From Macrostomum hystrix (lineage: Eukaryota; Animalia; Platyhelminthes): DNA of 64,000 nucleotides. The notes beneath the pieces were generated by a model. That model did no database searches, had not been told where the DNA came from, and saw nothing but the letters and a program-made list of their open reading frames with translations. Positions 1-13,252 of this stretch are shown in pieces. Each line of letters opens with the position of its first letter. Position 1 is the first letter of the stretch. Both the position numbers and the translations under genes were made by a program. The DNA is taken from contig CATNEN010000003.1 in the NCBI GenBank assembly GCA_950097015.1, positions 11,656,001 to 11,720,000 on the forward strand. Direction: 5' to 3'.

Positions 1-3000
1 GTTAGAGGATGGGTCAGTTAGAGATTGGGTCAGTTAGAGGATGGGTCAGTTAGAGATTGTATCAGTTAGAGATTGTATCAGTTAGAGATTGTATCAGTTA
101 GAGGATGGGTCAGTTAGAGGATGGGTCAGTTAGAGATTGTATCAGTTAGAGATTGTATCAGTTAGAGATTGTATCAGTTAGAGATTGAGTCAGTTAGAGA
201 TTGGGTCAGTTAGAGATTGGGTCAGTTAGAGATTGTATCAGTTAGAGATTGTATCAGTTAGAGATTGTATCAGTTAGAGATTGAGTCAGTTAGAGATTGG
301 GTCAGTTAGAGATTGGGTCAGTTAGAGATTGGGTCAGTTAGAGATTGTATCAGTTAGAGATTGAGTCAGTTAGAGATTGAGTCAGTTAGAGATTGGGTCA
401 GTTAGAGATTGAGTCAGTTAGAGATTGGGTCAGTTAGAGATTGGGTCAGTTAGAGATTGTATCAGTTAGAGATTGGGTCAGTTAGAGATTGGGTCAGTTA
501 GAGATTGTATCAGTTAGAGATTGGGTCAGTTAGAGATTGTATCAGTTAGAGATTGGGTCAGTTAGAGATTGGGTCAGTTAGAGATTGTATCAGTTAGAGA
601 TTGGGTCAGTTAGAGGATGGGTCAGTTAGAGATTGTATCAGTTAGAGATTGTATCAGTTAGAGATTGTATCAGTTAGAGATTGTATCAGTTAGAGATTGT
701 ATCAGTTAGAGATTGTATCAGTTAGAGATTGTATCAGTTAGAGATTGTATCAGTTAGAGATTGTATCAGTTAGAGATTGTATCAGTTAGAGATTGTATCA
801 GTTAGAGATTGTATCAGTTAGAGATTGTATCAGTTAGAGATTGTATCAGTTAGAGATTGTATCAGTTAGAGATTGTATCAGTTAGAGATTGGGTCAGTTA
901 GAGATTGTATCAGTTAGAGATTGTATCAGTTAGAGATTGTATCAGTTAGAGATTGGGTCAGTTAGAGATTGTATCAGTTAGAGATTGTATCAGTTAGAGA
1001 TTGTATCAGTTAGAGATTGTATCAGTTAGAGATTGTATCAGTTAGAGATTGGGTCAGTTAGAGATTGTATCAGTTAGAGATTGAGTCAGTTAGAGATTGG
1101 GTCAGTTAGAGATTGGGTCAGTTAGAGATTGGGTCAGTTAGAGATTGAGTCAGTTAGAGATTGTATCAGTTAGAGATTGTATCAGTTAGAGATTGTATCA
1201 GTTAGAGATTGGGTCAGTTAGAGATTGAGTCAGTTAGAGATTGTATCAGTTAGAGATTGTATCAGTTAGAGATTGTATCAGTTAGAGATTGGGTCAGTTA
1301 GAGATTGTATCAGTTAGAGATTGTATCAGTTAGAGATTGTATCAGTTAGAGATTGGGTCAGTTAGAGATTGTATCAGTTAGAGATTGTATCAGTTAGAGA
1401 TTGTATCAGTTAGAGATTGAGTCAGTTAGAGATTGTATCAGTTAGAGATTGGGTCAGTTAGAGATTGTATCAGTTAGAGATTGTATCAGTTAGAGATTGT
1501 ATCAGTTAGAGATTGGGTCAGTTAGAGATTGAGTCAGTTAGAGATTGGGTCAGTTAGAGATTGTATCAGTTAGAGATTGTATCAGTTAGAGATTGTATCA
1601 GTTAGAGATTGGGTCAGTTAGAGATTGTATCAGTTAGAGATTGTATCAGTTAGAGATTGTATCAGTTAGAGATTGGGTCAGTTAGAGATTGTATCAGTTA
1701 GAGATTGTATCAGTTAGAGATTGTATCAGTTAGAGATTGTATCAGTTAGAGATTGGGTCAGTTAGAGGATGGGTCAGTTAGAGATTGTATCAGTTAGAGA
1801 TTGTATCAGTTAGAGATTGGGTCAGTTAGACATTGGGTCAGTTAGAGATTGTATCAGTTAGAGATTGTATCAGTTAGAGATTGGGTCAGTTAGAGATTGG
1901 GTCAGTTAGAGATTGTATCAGTTAGAGATTGGGTCAGTTAGAGATTGGGTCAGTTAGAGATTGTATCAGTTAGTGATTGGGTCAGTTAGAGATTGGGTCA
2001 GTTAGAGATTGTATCAGTTAGAGATTGGGTCAGTTAGAGATTGGGTCAGTTAGAGATTGGGTCAGTTAGAGATTGTATCAGTTAGAGATTGGGTCAGTTA
2101 GAGATTGGGTCAGTTAGAGATTGGGTCAGTTAGAGTTTGAGTCAGTTAGAGTTTGAGTCAGTTAGAGATTGAGTCAGTTAGAGGATGGGTCAGTTAGAGA
2201 TTGTATCAGTTAGAGATTGGGTCAGTTAGAGATTGGGTCAGTTAGACATTGGGTCAGTTAGAGATTGTATCAGTTAGAGATTGTATCAGTTAGAGATTGG
2301 GTCAGTTAGAGATTGGGTCAGTTAGAGATTGTATCAGTTAGAGATTGGGTCAGTTAGAGATTGGGTCAGTTAGAGATTGTATCAGTTAGTGATTGGGTCA
2401 GTTAGAGATTGGGTCAGTTAGAGATTGGGTCAGTTAGAGATTGGGTCAGTTAGAGATTGGGTCAGTTAGAGATTGGGTCAGTTAGAGATTGTATCAGTTA
2501 GAGATTGGGTCAGTTAGAGATTGGGTCAGTTAGAGATTGGGTCAGTTAGAGTTTGAGTCAGTTAGAGTTTGAGTCAGTTAGAGATTGAGTCAGTTAGAGA
2601 TTGGGTCAGTTAGAGATTGGGTCAGTTAGAGATTGGGTCAGTTAGAGATTGGGTCAGTTAGAGATTGGGTCAGTTAGAGATTGAGTCAGTTAGAGATTGG
2701 GTCAGTTAGAGATTGGGTCAGTTAGAGATTGAGTCAGTTAGAGATTGGGTCAGTTAGAGATTGGGTCAGTTAGAGATTGGGTCAGTTAGAGATTGTATCA
2801 GTTAGAGATTGGGTCAGTTAGAGATTGGGTCAGTTAGAGATTGGGTCAGTTAGAGTTTGAGTCAGTTAGAGTTTGAGTCAGTTAGAGATTGAGTCAGTTA
2901 GAGATTGGGTCAGTTAGAGATTGGGTCAGTTAGAGATTGGGTCAGTTAGAGATTGGGTCAGTTAGAGATTGGGTCAGTTAGAGATTGAGTCAGTTAGAGA

Positions 3001-3123
3001 TTGGGTCAGTTAGAGATTGGGTCAGTTAGAGATTGAGTCAGTTAGAGATTGGGTCAGTTAGAGGATGGGTCAGTTAGAGATTCGGTCAGTTAGAGAATGG
3101 GTCAGTTAGAGATTGGGCCAGTT
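1..3123. repeat. 16-bp satellite (GTTAGAGATTGGGTCA / GTTAGAGATTGTATCA), intronic in SLC1A-like gene A
   Basis: Continuous 16-bp periodicity; ends ~35 bp from the GTGAGT donor at 3158 (-). Confidence 0.98.
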
Positions 3124-3158
3124 GCTTTTTTGGTCATTAGATTGCACCGAGTACTCAC

Positions 3159-6100
3159 CAAGTTATGACCCGCACCATCATGCAGCAAGTGTCGTTAATG
3201 GCAACCATCAGGTCAATCAGGTCTCGCGTCTGATTTGACAAGCGTTTAATCACCAAACCGAAGAAAATTGAGAAACTGACGCAAGCTGAATTTGGGGTTG
3301 GGTTGCGCCTTAGTGACAGGCCAATTATGAAACTGAGCACATAAGTAGACTTAAAACTTACCCAGCAAGTTCATATCCTCATATTTATTCGCGATCTGAA
3401 AGAAGTCCTTGGTTTTATCGCTGTATTTTACAGTATATTTTTCTTTGCGAAATGCTGTTTGAAGTAAACCATCTGGGAAAATGTTTCTGAAATGGGGCAC
3501 TTCATGCAGTGAGAATCAAATGATATTATAAGCTGTAAGTTAATCTATTCTTAGTCTACTCTATATTTTAAGCATCAAGGGATTTGAATTGCTAATCTAC
3601 TCCATGCAGAAGGTATCAAGGGATTTGGATTGCTAATCTACTCCATGCAGAAGGTATCAAGGGATTTGGATTGCTAATCTACTCCATGCAGAAGGTATCA
3701 AGGGATTTGGATTGCTAATCTACTCCATGCAGAAGGTATCAAGGGATTTGGATTGCTAATCTACTCCATGCAGAAGGTATCAAGGGATTTGAATTGCTAA
3801 TCTACTCCATGCAGAAGGTATCAAGGGATTTGGATTGCTAATCTACTCCATGCAGAAGGTATCAAGGGATTTGGATTGCTAATCTACTCCATGCAGAAGG
3901 TATCAAGGGATTTGAATTGCTAATCTACTCCATGCAGAAGGTATCAAGGGATTTGGATTGCTAATCTACTCCATGCAGAAGGTATCAAGGGATTTGGATT
4001 GCTAAGCTACTCCATGCAGAAGGTATCAAGGGATTTGAATTGCTAATCTACTCCATGCAGAAGGTATCAAGGGATTTGGATTGCTAATCTACTCCATGCA
4101 GAAGGTATCAAGGGATTTGGATTGCTAATCTACTCCATGCAGAAGGTATCAAGGGATTTGGATTGCTAATCTAATCCATGCAGAAGGTATCAAGGGACTT
4201 TAATTGCTTATCTACTCCATGCAGAAGGTATCAAGGGATTTGGATTGCTAATCTACTCCATGCAGAAGGTATCAAGGGATTTGGATTGCTAATCTACTCC
4301 ATGCAGAAGGTATCAAGTGACTTGGATTGCTAATCTACTCCATGCAGAAGGTCTCAAGGGACTTGGATTGCTAATCTACTCCATGCAGAAGGTCTCAAGG
4401 GACTTGGATTGCTAATCTACTCCATGCAGAAGGTATCAAGGGATTTGGATTGCTAATCTAATCCATGCAGAAGGTATCAAGGGATTTGGATTGCTAATCT
4501 AATCCATGCAGAAGGTATCAAGGGATTTGGATTGCTAATCTACTCCATGCATAGGGGAACAAGGGATTTGGATTGCTAATCTACTCCATGCAGAAGGTAT
4601 CAAGGGATTTGGATTGCTAATCTACTCCATGCAGAAGGTATCAAGGGACTTTAATTGCTTATCTACTTCATGCAGAAGGTATCAAGGGATTTGGATTGCT
4701 AATCTACTCCATGCAGAAGGTATCAAGGGACTTGAATTGCTTATCTACTTCATGCAGAAGGTATCAAGGGATTTGGATTGCTAATCTACTCCATGCAGAA
4801 GGTATCAAGGGATTTGGATTTCTGTTTATTCTAATTGCAGCGAGAATCATCCGATAGTTGGATATGATTTAGAATATATTCTTAACATCAATTTTATTTA
4901 GACAATTCGAAACGCACCGTATTAGGTCCAGCATAGTTTCAAGCGCTTTGCTGTTTTTGCTTTCATCGGTCTCGTAGCCGCTGTTCGGGACCAAATTCTT
5001 CAAGTAATTGTTATTGCCTGGCTGAATAATGACCGTTAGAATGATGCCGATTAACACAGCAGCCAAGCACGAGAAGAAGAAGTATAACAGCATAAAGACA
5101 TAAATCCGGTTCATAGATTTTATGTTCGGATTAGACAACCCTGGAGTTTAAATTTAAAGTGAAAGTGTTGTATCGTGACTTGACTTGAAGTGCGCAGTGT
5201 GGGGCTGCACCCCAATTGTTATTGGCGCTGAGTTTAGGACTGCTTGCTCTCTCCCCGCCTGCTCTGTCAGTCAATGTACGCTTATGCCTAACCGTCTAAT
5301 CTATTAGCTGATGCTTTACTCGTATCTGCATGTACATCTATGTGCAATGCCAACTATAATAAATAACAACCTCTCGCCCATTTGCGGCTCAAGTTTGGCT
5401 AGCCAGCCACGACACGACAATGGCATCGCAAGCAGCCAGTGAATTACCTCTCAGCCAGGCTGAGGCCTGGCTGCAAAGTTTTGAAGCACTGTGCAGGCAC
5501 AAAAAACTGCAATATACAAACGAAGAGAAGCAGGTGACAGACCTCTTCCTTGCTCGAGCAGGAATCAATGCAGTCCGATCCGTCTCTATCATGGCAAAGC
5601 CGAAAAACATTGAGGATATGACCTTCAAGGACATCAAGAAAATGATCATCGGGCGACTCCAGCCCAAAAAGAAACTGGTGATTGCAGAGCGCACAAGGTT
5701 CATGTCCCAGCGGCAGCTGTCAACAGAGTCGGCCCAGCAGTTCGCGGAGCGCTTGAGAGACGCGGCAAAGCACTGTGAGTTTGACAAGCTCAACGAACAA
5801 GGCTGCAAACAGTCAGCCGAGGATGACTTGATCCAAACACTGCTGATCAGCGGCTTATGCGACCGCAGCCAGCGGACCAAAACACTTGAGCACATTCAGA
5901 GCTCTGAGAATCCAGTGACTCTGGACACGTGTCTGCAGTACATCCAGCAGTTAGAGCTCATCCAGAGCTACAGCTCAAGCGACCGATCTGCTGAAGCCCG
6001 AGAGCCTAGCAGAAGCTCCGAGATGGCTGAGAGTTCGACACCAGTTGCCAGCATCGACAGGAACCGCAATAGCGGTGCTCAGTGCAGGTCGTGTGGTCTG

Positions 6101-9100
6101 CAGCACCAGCCAGGCAAATGCCCTGCATTCGGGAAGACTTGTAACAAATGCCACCGCAGGAACCACTTTGCTGCAGTCTGCAGGAGCAGCGCCAAGTCCA
6201 AGTCGGTTGCACATGCCCATGAAATCGACACGAGCGAGTGTGAGCAGGCAGGCATCTACACCATTGTCGGCAACGAGAGCGGCAGCGGCAGCATAAAAAC
6301 TGTGCTCATTGAAGTCAAGCCGTTCAAAATGCAGCTCGACTCTGGATCCGGTGCGAGCATCATTCCGATAAACTTCTGGAGGAGCCTCGGTGAGCCCAAG
6401 CTACGAAAGTCCAAGTTGAGACTGCGACAATTTGACGGAACTAGAACCAGAACTAGAGGATGCTTCACGGCGCTCATCGAAGTCGGGAGACAAATCGCCT
6501 GTGCGGACGTGACGGTCACTGAGTGCACAAAGGAGCACGGCCTCATCGGAACAGACGTGCTGGACTTCAAGCTGGACACAGCGACTGTCAATCAAGTGGA
6601 GCGCAGCAGCAAACCGCTAGGCAAGCTCAAAGGTTTCCGTGCTCGGGTCTTGCTCAGGGAGAATGCTCAGCCCAGCTTTTTCGATGCCCGGCCGCTCCCG
6701 ATTCATCTCAAGCCGCTGGTGGTGGCTAAGCTGCGGACGATGATCGACGCCGGGATCCTCGAGCCTGTGCCGCCAGGCGGCAGCAGGTGGGCATCGCCCA
6801 TTGTAGTGGTGCGCAAGGCCGACGGAGACCTGAGAATCTGCTCCGACTACAAGGTCGGGGTGAACCCGAAGATCTGCTCTGACGCCTACCCACTGCCCAA
6901 CATCGAGCAAGCCTTCAGTGCCCTGGCAGGTATGAAGCACTTCGCAATTGTAGACTTAACAAATGCCTACAACCAGATTGAGCTAGACGAGGCTTCCAGA
7001 GAAATACTCACCATCAAAACGCCCCTAGGCCTGCTCAGATGGACGCGCATGCCATTCGGGGTGAAGACGGCCAGTGCGCAGTTCCAGGCGGCCATGGAGG
7101 CAACGGTCGGCGGTGCGGTCAGCAACCTGGTGATCTACCAAGACGACATGTGCGTTGGCGCCACCACAGCGGACGAATTGGACAGCAAAGTCCGGGACCT
7201 GCTGAGAGCGCTTTCTGATGCCGGCATGTCGATCAACGAAAAAAAATGCGTTTTCCGCAGCACGGAAATCAGTTTCCTTGGCTACCGCATCGCGGCTGAC
7301 GGCGTGCGCCCTGATCGGAAGCTGGTGGAGAAAATACTCGGCGTGAGCACCCCGTCGAGCAAAAAGGAACTCGAATCGTTTCTAGGAATGACGGTGTACT
7401 ACTCGCGCTACATCAAGTCCTACTCGGAGAAGACCGAGCCGCTGACCGAGCTGCGGAGCAAGAAAGTCGCGTTCCATTGGGGACCTCGGCAGCAGAAAGC
7501 GTTTGACGAGCTCAAGCAGGCGCTTGCAGCTTCCCCAGTGGTCCGAATCTTCGATGCAAGAAAGCGCACAACTCTGACTACTGACGCCAGCGAGAAGGCC
7601 ATAGCAGCAATCCTCTCTCAGGACGAGCACCCAGTGATGTACCTGTCAAGGCGGCTGACACCGGCTGAGAGAAATTACTCGAATATCGAGCGAGAGGCCC
7701 TGGCTGTAGTGTGGGCCACTCAGAGAGCCAGACACTTTCTTCTCGGCAGCAAGTTTGTGCTCCAGTGCGATCATCAACCATTGGAGTTCATTTTTAGTCC
7801 GTCTCGGGAGCTTCCAAAGGTCACATAGGCAAGGATCATGCGCTGGGCTTTGCAGCTGTCGGCCTTCGACTACGAAATCTCGTACATCAAGGGCAGCTGC
7901 ATCCCGCATGTCGACGCGCTGTCTCGAATTGAATTCAAGGAGGAAGGCGATGGAGACGACTGCCAGGAAAGCTTCGTTCACTGGACAGAGACGGAGGTGC
8001 TCAAGCTGGAGCAGATCAGAGACGCCACTGACAATGACCCGGTGCTCGCCAGCGTCAAGCGCAGGATCCGCAGCAATGCGTGGAACAACTGCTCGGCAGC
8101 GGAGCGACCGTATAAAGCCGTCCGCCAGCAGCTCTCAGTGGAGAGTGGCGTCGTCTGCCTGAGAGACCTGGTGGTCCCGCCTAGCCGGCTGCGGCAAGAC
8201 GTGCTGCGAGCGGCTCACGGCGACTCGCACTGCGGTGCCCTAGCGACAAGAAATCGACTCAAGCTGGAAGCCTGGTGGCCGGGTCACTGCGAGGACGTCG
8301 AAAACTTCGTCAAGCAATGCCAGCGATGCGCGGAGATCCGTCCAATGCCTGCCAGAACGTGCCACACCTGGCCGGCGGAAAATGGTCCCTGGAGACGCGT
8401 GCACATGGACCATGCTCACGTTCCCGGCTTCGGCCTGCTGCTCATTGTGGTGGACGCCTTCTCCGGCTGGCCGGAAGCGGTGCCTGTGGCCGACAAGAGC
8501 GCGATGACGGTCATCAAGGTGCTCCGCTTGATTTTTTCCCGCCTGGGTGTGCCGCATACCTTGGTGGCGGACAATGCTCCGGAGTTCCGTGACCAGCAGC
8601 TGCACGAGTGGCTCAAGAAGATCGGCTGCTCGCCGATCCACTCGCCGCCGTATCATCCGCAGTCAAACGGGTGCGCCGAGCGCATGGTCCAGACCGTCAA
8701 GAAGGGGCTGCGGGCCTTCGCCGTGCACCAGGGCAGGTTCGACGCGTACCTCGCCAAGCTGCTGCTTAATTACCGGGCCACTCCGCGGGGCGACGGGCGT
8801 GGCAGTCCGTCTGCGCTTATGGGGCGACAGCTGCGAAGTCCGCTGACCCTCCAATTCGACACCGATGCGCCGCTCGTCTACCAGTCGCGACCGGGGGTGC
8901 CGGCTGAGACCGTCCGCTTTGTGGTACAGGCCGGCCACAACACGGCCGTGGTCACCCGGGACAAGGACGACAGGCCTGTGCTGGCACACCGGGATCAGCT
9001 GCGTTTGTGTCCGAGTCCAAGCCGGGCGGAAGTTACGGACAACACTGACGATGGCGGCCGGGATCCTGACGATGCCGGTCGGAGCCCTGACGACGGCGGC

Positions 9101-10495
9101 CGGAACCCTGCCGAAGGCGGCTGGAACCCGGAACCTGATATCCAGCGGCCAGACGCAGCGGCACCACCGCAGCAGACCGCTGAAGCTACACCGGAGCCCC
9201 GACGAAGCTGCAGGTCGACCAAGGGAGTCGCCCCAGACCGACTGTCTCCTCGTTGGTGATGAGGGGATGTTGTATCGTGACTTGACTTGAAGTGCGCAGT
9301 GTGGGGCTGCACCCCAATTGTTATTGGCGCTGAGTTTAGGACTGCTTGCTCTCTCCCCGCCTGCTCTGTCAGTCAATGTACGCTTATGCCTAACCGTCTA
9401 ATCTATTAGCTGATGCTTTACTCGTATCTGCATGTACATCTATGTGCAATGCCAACTATAATAAATAACAACCTCTCGCCCATTTGCGGCTCAAGTTTGG
9501 CTAGCCAGCCACGACACGACAGAAAGGTCTAGTTTAAACACTTATTTAGGCACTTTTACAGCGGTTTAAGGTCTCAATATTCAGCTCCTAACTCCTGGAT
9601 GCTTTATAACTGGCTGCAACAACCCCTGTCCTCAGGGAGTGTCTTCTCATACCTCTAACCCTGCTCATTTATAACTGGCTGCAACAACCCCTGTCCTCAG
9701 GGAGTGTCTTCTGTTACCTCTAACCCTGCTCATTTATAACTGGCTGCAACAACCCCTGTCCTCAGGGAGTGTCTTCTCTTACCTCTAACCCTGCTCATTT
9801 ATAACTGGCTGCAACAACCCCTGTCCTCAGGGAGTGTCTTCTCTTACCTCTAACCCTGCTCATTTATAACTGGCTGCATCAACCCCTGTCCTCAGGGAGT
9901 GTCTTCTACCACCTCCAAACCCAGCTCATTTATAATTGGCTGCAAAACCCCCACTTCCCAGTAAAAGTTTTCTCCCACTCCGAAAGCCTTCTGTTGTTCG
10001 ATTGCTTGCTCACTTACGTTCCGAGCTAAAAGTAAAAATGACCAAACAGAAAAGCACGAGCAAGCACGAACCGGACACTAGTGAGGAGAAAAGCAACGGA
10101 AAAACCACCAGGTTGAGCATGTTGATCAGCAATTCACCCGGTAAGCCGATAAGCTGGACAGTCAGTTCTCTGGGCTCTATTCGGCTAATCGAAAGACCAA
10201 CTGGCACAGCAAGAATCATTGACAACAGTGTGAGAGCTGACAAAATATTTTCTGGCTCTTTCAGGGCGCCAAGGCAAGTGAAGGAAAATTTCCGATTTTG
10301 CAACGAGCTCACTTTAGTTGTACAAGTACTTTCCGAGGTCTCCGAACGGCTCCTTGAACGGTTTTCTGGTAACTCAAGGTCCAGATAATAAATGGACGAT
10401 TTTTGCTTATTATACACCTTGGCAATTTTCTCCAGTTCCTGTGGTGTCCAGTTAGGAAGCACTTTATCTTCTTTGATTTCTTGGAATTGTCTCAT
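3159..10495 (-). CDS. SLC1A/EAAT-like (dicarboxylate/amino acid:cation symporter) gene A, copy 1, N-terminal exons 10072-10495, 4918-5140, 3362-3486, 3159-3285; continues off the left edge
   Basis: GT-AG introns with consistent phases join [45 protein letters not shown]|[12 protein letters not shown] and EDMNLL|[16 protein letters not shown], which match SLC1A TM2-TM5 motifs. Start Met (MRQFQ, 10495) is tentative. Confidence 0.85.
3574..4820. repeat. 41-bp minisatellite (ATCAAGGGATTTGGATTGCTAATCTACTCCATGCAGAAGGT), ~30 copies, intronic
   Basis: 41-bp period, located between exons 3362-3486 and 4918-5140. Confidence 0.97.
5166..5419 (+). repeat. 5' LTR of Gypsy copy 1
   Basis: TGTTGTATCG...CACGACA; contains TATAATAAA. 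Confidence 0.95.
5420..9259 (+). CDS. Gypsy gag-pol polyprotein interrupted by one in-frame TAG (7826-7828)
   Basis: Tandem zinc knuckles CRSCGLQH..C and [10 protein letters not shown]; protease LDSG; RT YQDD; RNase [16 protein letters not shown]; integrase [13 protein letters not shown] and [10 protein letters not shown]. ORFs 5420 and 7838 are in the same frame. Confidence 0.93.
9268..9521 (+). repeat. 3' LTR of Gypsy copy 1
   Basis: Matches the 5' LTR; followed by TSD GAAAG. Confidence 0.95.
9603..9945. repeat. 65-bp minisatellite, ~5 copies, intron 1 of gene A
   Basis: Unit TTATAACTGGCTGCAACAACCCCTGTCCTCAGGGAGTGTCTTCTCTTACCTCTAACCCTGCTCAT. Confidence 0.95.
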
Positions 10496-10917
10496 GTTGA
10501 AGTCCGCGTCAAGATCTGGTGCAAGCAATTTTAACAGAGCAGATTAAAATCTAAAATCCTATGGCCGTCTCTCGGAATGCTTCTAAATTACCATAGACAA
10601 GTGTCCCGGGCCGACTCGTTGTTTCGTTATTTTACATGTGACATCCCGTCATCCACTATTTCGTTTGAATTTCAATTTTAGATTTCAAATCCAAACATGT
10701 ATAAGTTTTGAAAGTAGCACAGAAGATGCGGCAGTTTTCAATTGTAGCCACATGCCTTGGTATTTTAAACAAGAAGGCATATTTAGCATCAAGTTTATTC
10801 ATACGTGTCAAATAAAAATGTGTTCTTTAAGACATCGCCAGCAATAGAACAAAATTTGTGTAGTAGCTTTGTCACTTCTTTAGCTTTTGCGGCTTGTTCT
10901 CGATCTGTAAAAAATAA

Positions 10918-13041
10918 AAGTACGAATGCAATCTCTGCATTGTTTGTTTAGAGGCGTCTTATTGTTGTTGCTAAGAGATGGAAGCACCAAGGGGCAATTA
11001 GCATAGCGAACGAACAGCAGGCGCATGAACAACTATCTCAAGGAGTAGAAGGACAGGAAACTAGGTTTCCTCGAAATTTTAGGACCCTAGAAATAGAACT
11101 ATTTATTTGTTGGAAAGCTATGGGAAAATTTGAGCCTGTATCAGTTTTTTTATGGCAATTCATTGAATATAATTAGAGGTACAGAAAAAACGGAGGGTAC
11201 TTAAATTATCCCCGTGGTTTTTCTACAGTTAACGACATGTTGACATACTAAAACTATCATAATATAAGCATAAAAGTCCTTTCTAATGCTTTTCTCACTC
11301 TTCCGCTTTTGATTTAGGCTTACAGCAGCCAATCAACAGCCAAGATTAGAAAGATGTCATTAGGCGGTAGGTCGACTGAAATCAGCACGGTTACCAAGGT
11401 GATTAGTCTAGCGCCATGCACACTAGTGGCTCCCATGGCCACCAAGGTGCTGTAGAGCTGCAGGTAAACCATTTTTGGGGGCGCGGATGCTAGTCTTATA
11501 TACTAAAATGCTGCAACTTGGCTATAAACTTTTCTAAATTTATCACACAAATGCACTTTGTTTGTTTGCTGGCCAACAGACAAGGGAACAAAATAAGCTA
11601 GCTAGAAAGCTATGGATGGTCAACCCACAACAAGCTGTTGACCAATACACGAAGCTGGAATTTACATAGCTGGGAGTGGACTTATTGACTGAGAGAACAA
11701 AGGCGTGATTGGGTGGAAGGTGGGAACTACCCACCCTCCCCAAGACGTCGATCAATACAAATATAGCCACAGCGAATGAAAGATCGAATCGTGGCACACT
11801 ACTCGTAAAAACCGAGTAAATGAGGTTCAGCGTTATTAGAGAGTGAATAAGTTTGCCGGATGTCACAGTGATCACAAAGAAAACCATGTTGCGCATTGTG
11901 GACATCAGGTCTTTGTCCTCCAGCAGCTTGGCGGTGATCAGAAAGTAAATGCCAATTGGCGTGTACCTGCAGGTCCACGAGAGCGTTAGTAACAATAATA
12001 ATTGCAAGGTGCCTGTGGTCGTACAACTGCAATGCACGCGGGTTGCACGCCGCCTTGACTTCAAGCACGAGTGACGCGTTCTGATTAACTTGTGGGTTTA
12101 CTGTCTGCCTCAAATGGGTCTAGGCTGGGGTGGGGGTTGTTAACGTGACTGACTATACTTGTATCTTAGTGCGCACAATTCCTTTTCAAACCTCCGTTTT
12201 TTACTTTCTGAATTACTACCGCTCTGTTCTTTCTTTGGCCGCGCTGCCTCAGCACAACTGGTACATCATTTGTGCGGCAGTAGACTCACAGCCAGAGAGA
12301 GGCAATACAGCCAATGCATTCCGCTGACTCCGCTGAGCACAGATTCTCATAGACCAACACCTGCCATGGCTTTTACATCACGTTAAGCAGTCCCATGCAG
12401 TGATCCTAATGGGCGTAAATTGCGCTACAAGCCCCTAAATTAATATGGCCACAACTGCGGATTAGAGCTCAGGGACATAGGTGCGAAAGTCGAACGCGTA
12501 AACCTAGCAAGCACTAACCATGATGAAGTGAGCTATGAAGTAGATAAGTAAACGATTTGAGTAAATAAGTAAGTAAGCAAGTAAGTAAACAGCTACATCT
12601 TAGAGCATGCACCTAGGTTAGTAAAAAGTGAGCTTGATTAAAAACTTACCAGATGACAGGATGTTCATAACAATTTCACAAGCCATTTCCGGCATATTTC
12701 TGAGAACGGCTCCGACAAATAATGAGACACTCAATAAACCTAAAGACAATGTTGCAAAGATACTGGCACTTTATAATCGCAATTAAAAATATTCAAAATA
12801 TATTCGTGTACTTAAAAATAAAAAGATATACATTTAAAATAAAGAAATTTGTAAACAAAATTATTTTACAATGGTAGCAAAATACCAACCAATTGCATTA
12901 ACACCTTCCACTTTTCTCGTTATGTATTCTTTGAGCAACATCCACGATTTGCCATCATCATAAGTTTGATGATTAGAGATGATGATCTTCGTTTTCTTGT
13001 GTTGAAAGCAGGTCGTCACTATATTGTCTGGAATGATGTTT
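10918..13041 (-). pseudogene. SLC1A-like paralogue B, copy 1 (exons 12890-13041, 12650-12739, ~11800-11966, 11324-11457, remnant 10918-10934)
   Basis: RNIIPDNIVTTCFQ..GVNAIG; YTPIGIYFLITAKLLE; VAMGATSV..LPPNDIFLILAVDWLL; DCIRT. The 90-nt exon 12650-12739 is out of phase with the next exon, the last exon is mostly deleted, and no HP1/NMDG exon was found. Confidence 0.8.
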
Positions 13042-13252
13042 CTGAAATTTTTTTCAATTTCTACACTTAATTTAGCATTACGTACAGCAATCCTCAATGG
13101 GCTAAGTGGAGTAGGTGAATGGGATATTTTGGGAAACTACACTTACAGTTGTACGCTGGGACGCAGCACTATTGATTATGCCATTGTGTCCATAGACAGT
13201 CTTGAATTCAAACAAACACATAAAACAAGGCACTCCCAAATCCTCCCAGAGC

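Larger units (their letters stand above)
5166..9521 (+). mobile_element. Full-length Ty3/Gypsy LTR retrotransposon (Mag-like), copy 1
   Basis: 254-bp TG..CA LTRs (5166-5419, 9268-9521), identical by eye; 5-bp TSD GAAAG (5161-5165, 9522-9526); PBS TGGCATCGC at 5421; purine tract GATGAGGGGA before the 3' LTR; PR-RT-RH-INT order. Confidence 0.97.

Noticed and set aside
1-3123. Telomeric repeat
   Set aside because: GTTAGA only resembles TTAGGG; the unit is 16 bp and intronic.
5389-9376. Many antisense or overlapping ORFs within the Gypsy element (and the LINE)
   Set aside because: Shadow ORFs of GC-rich coding sequence.
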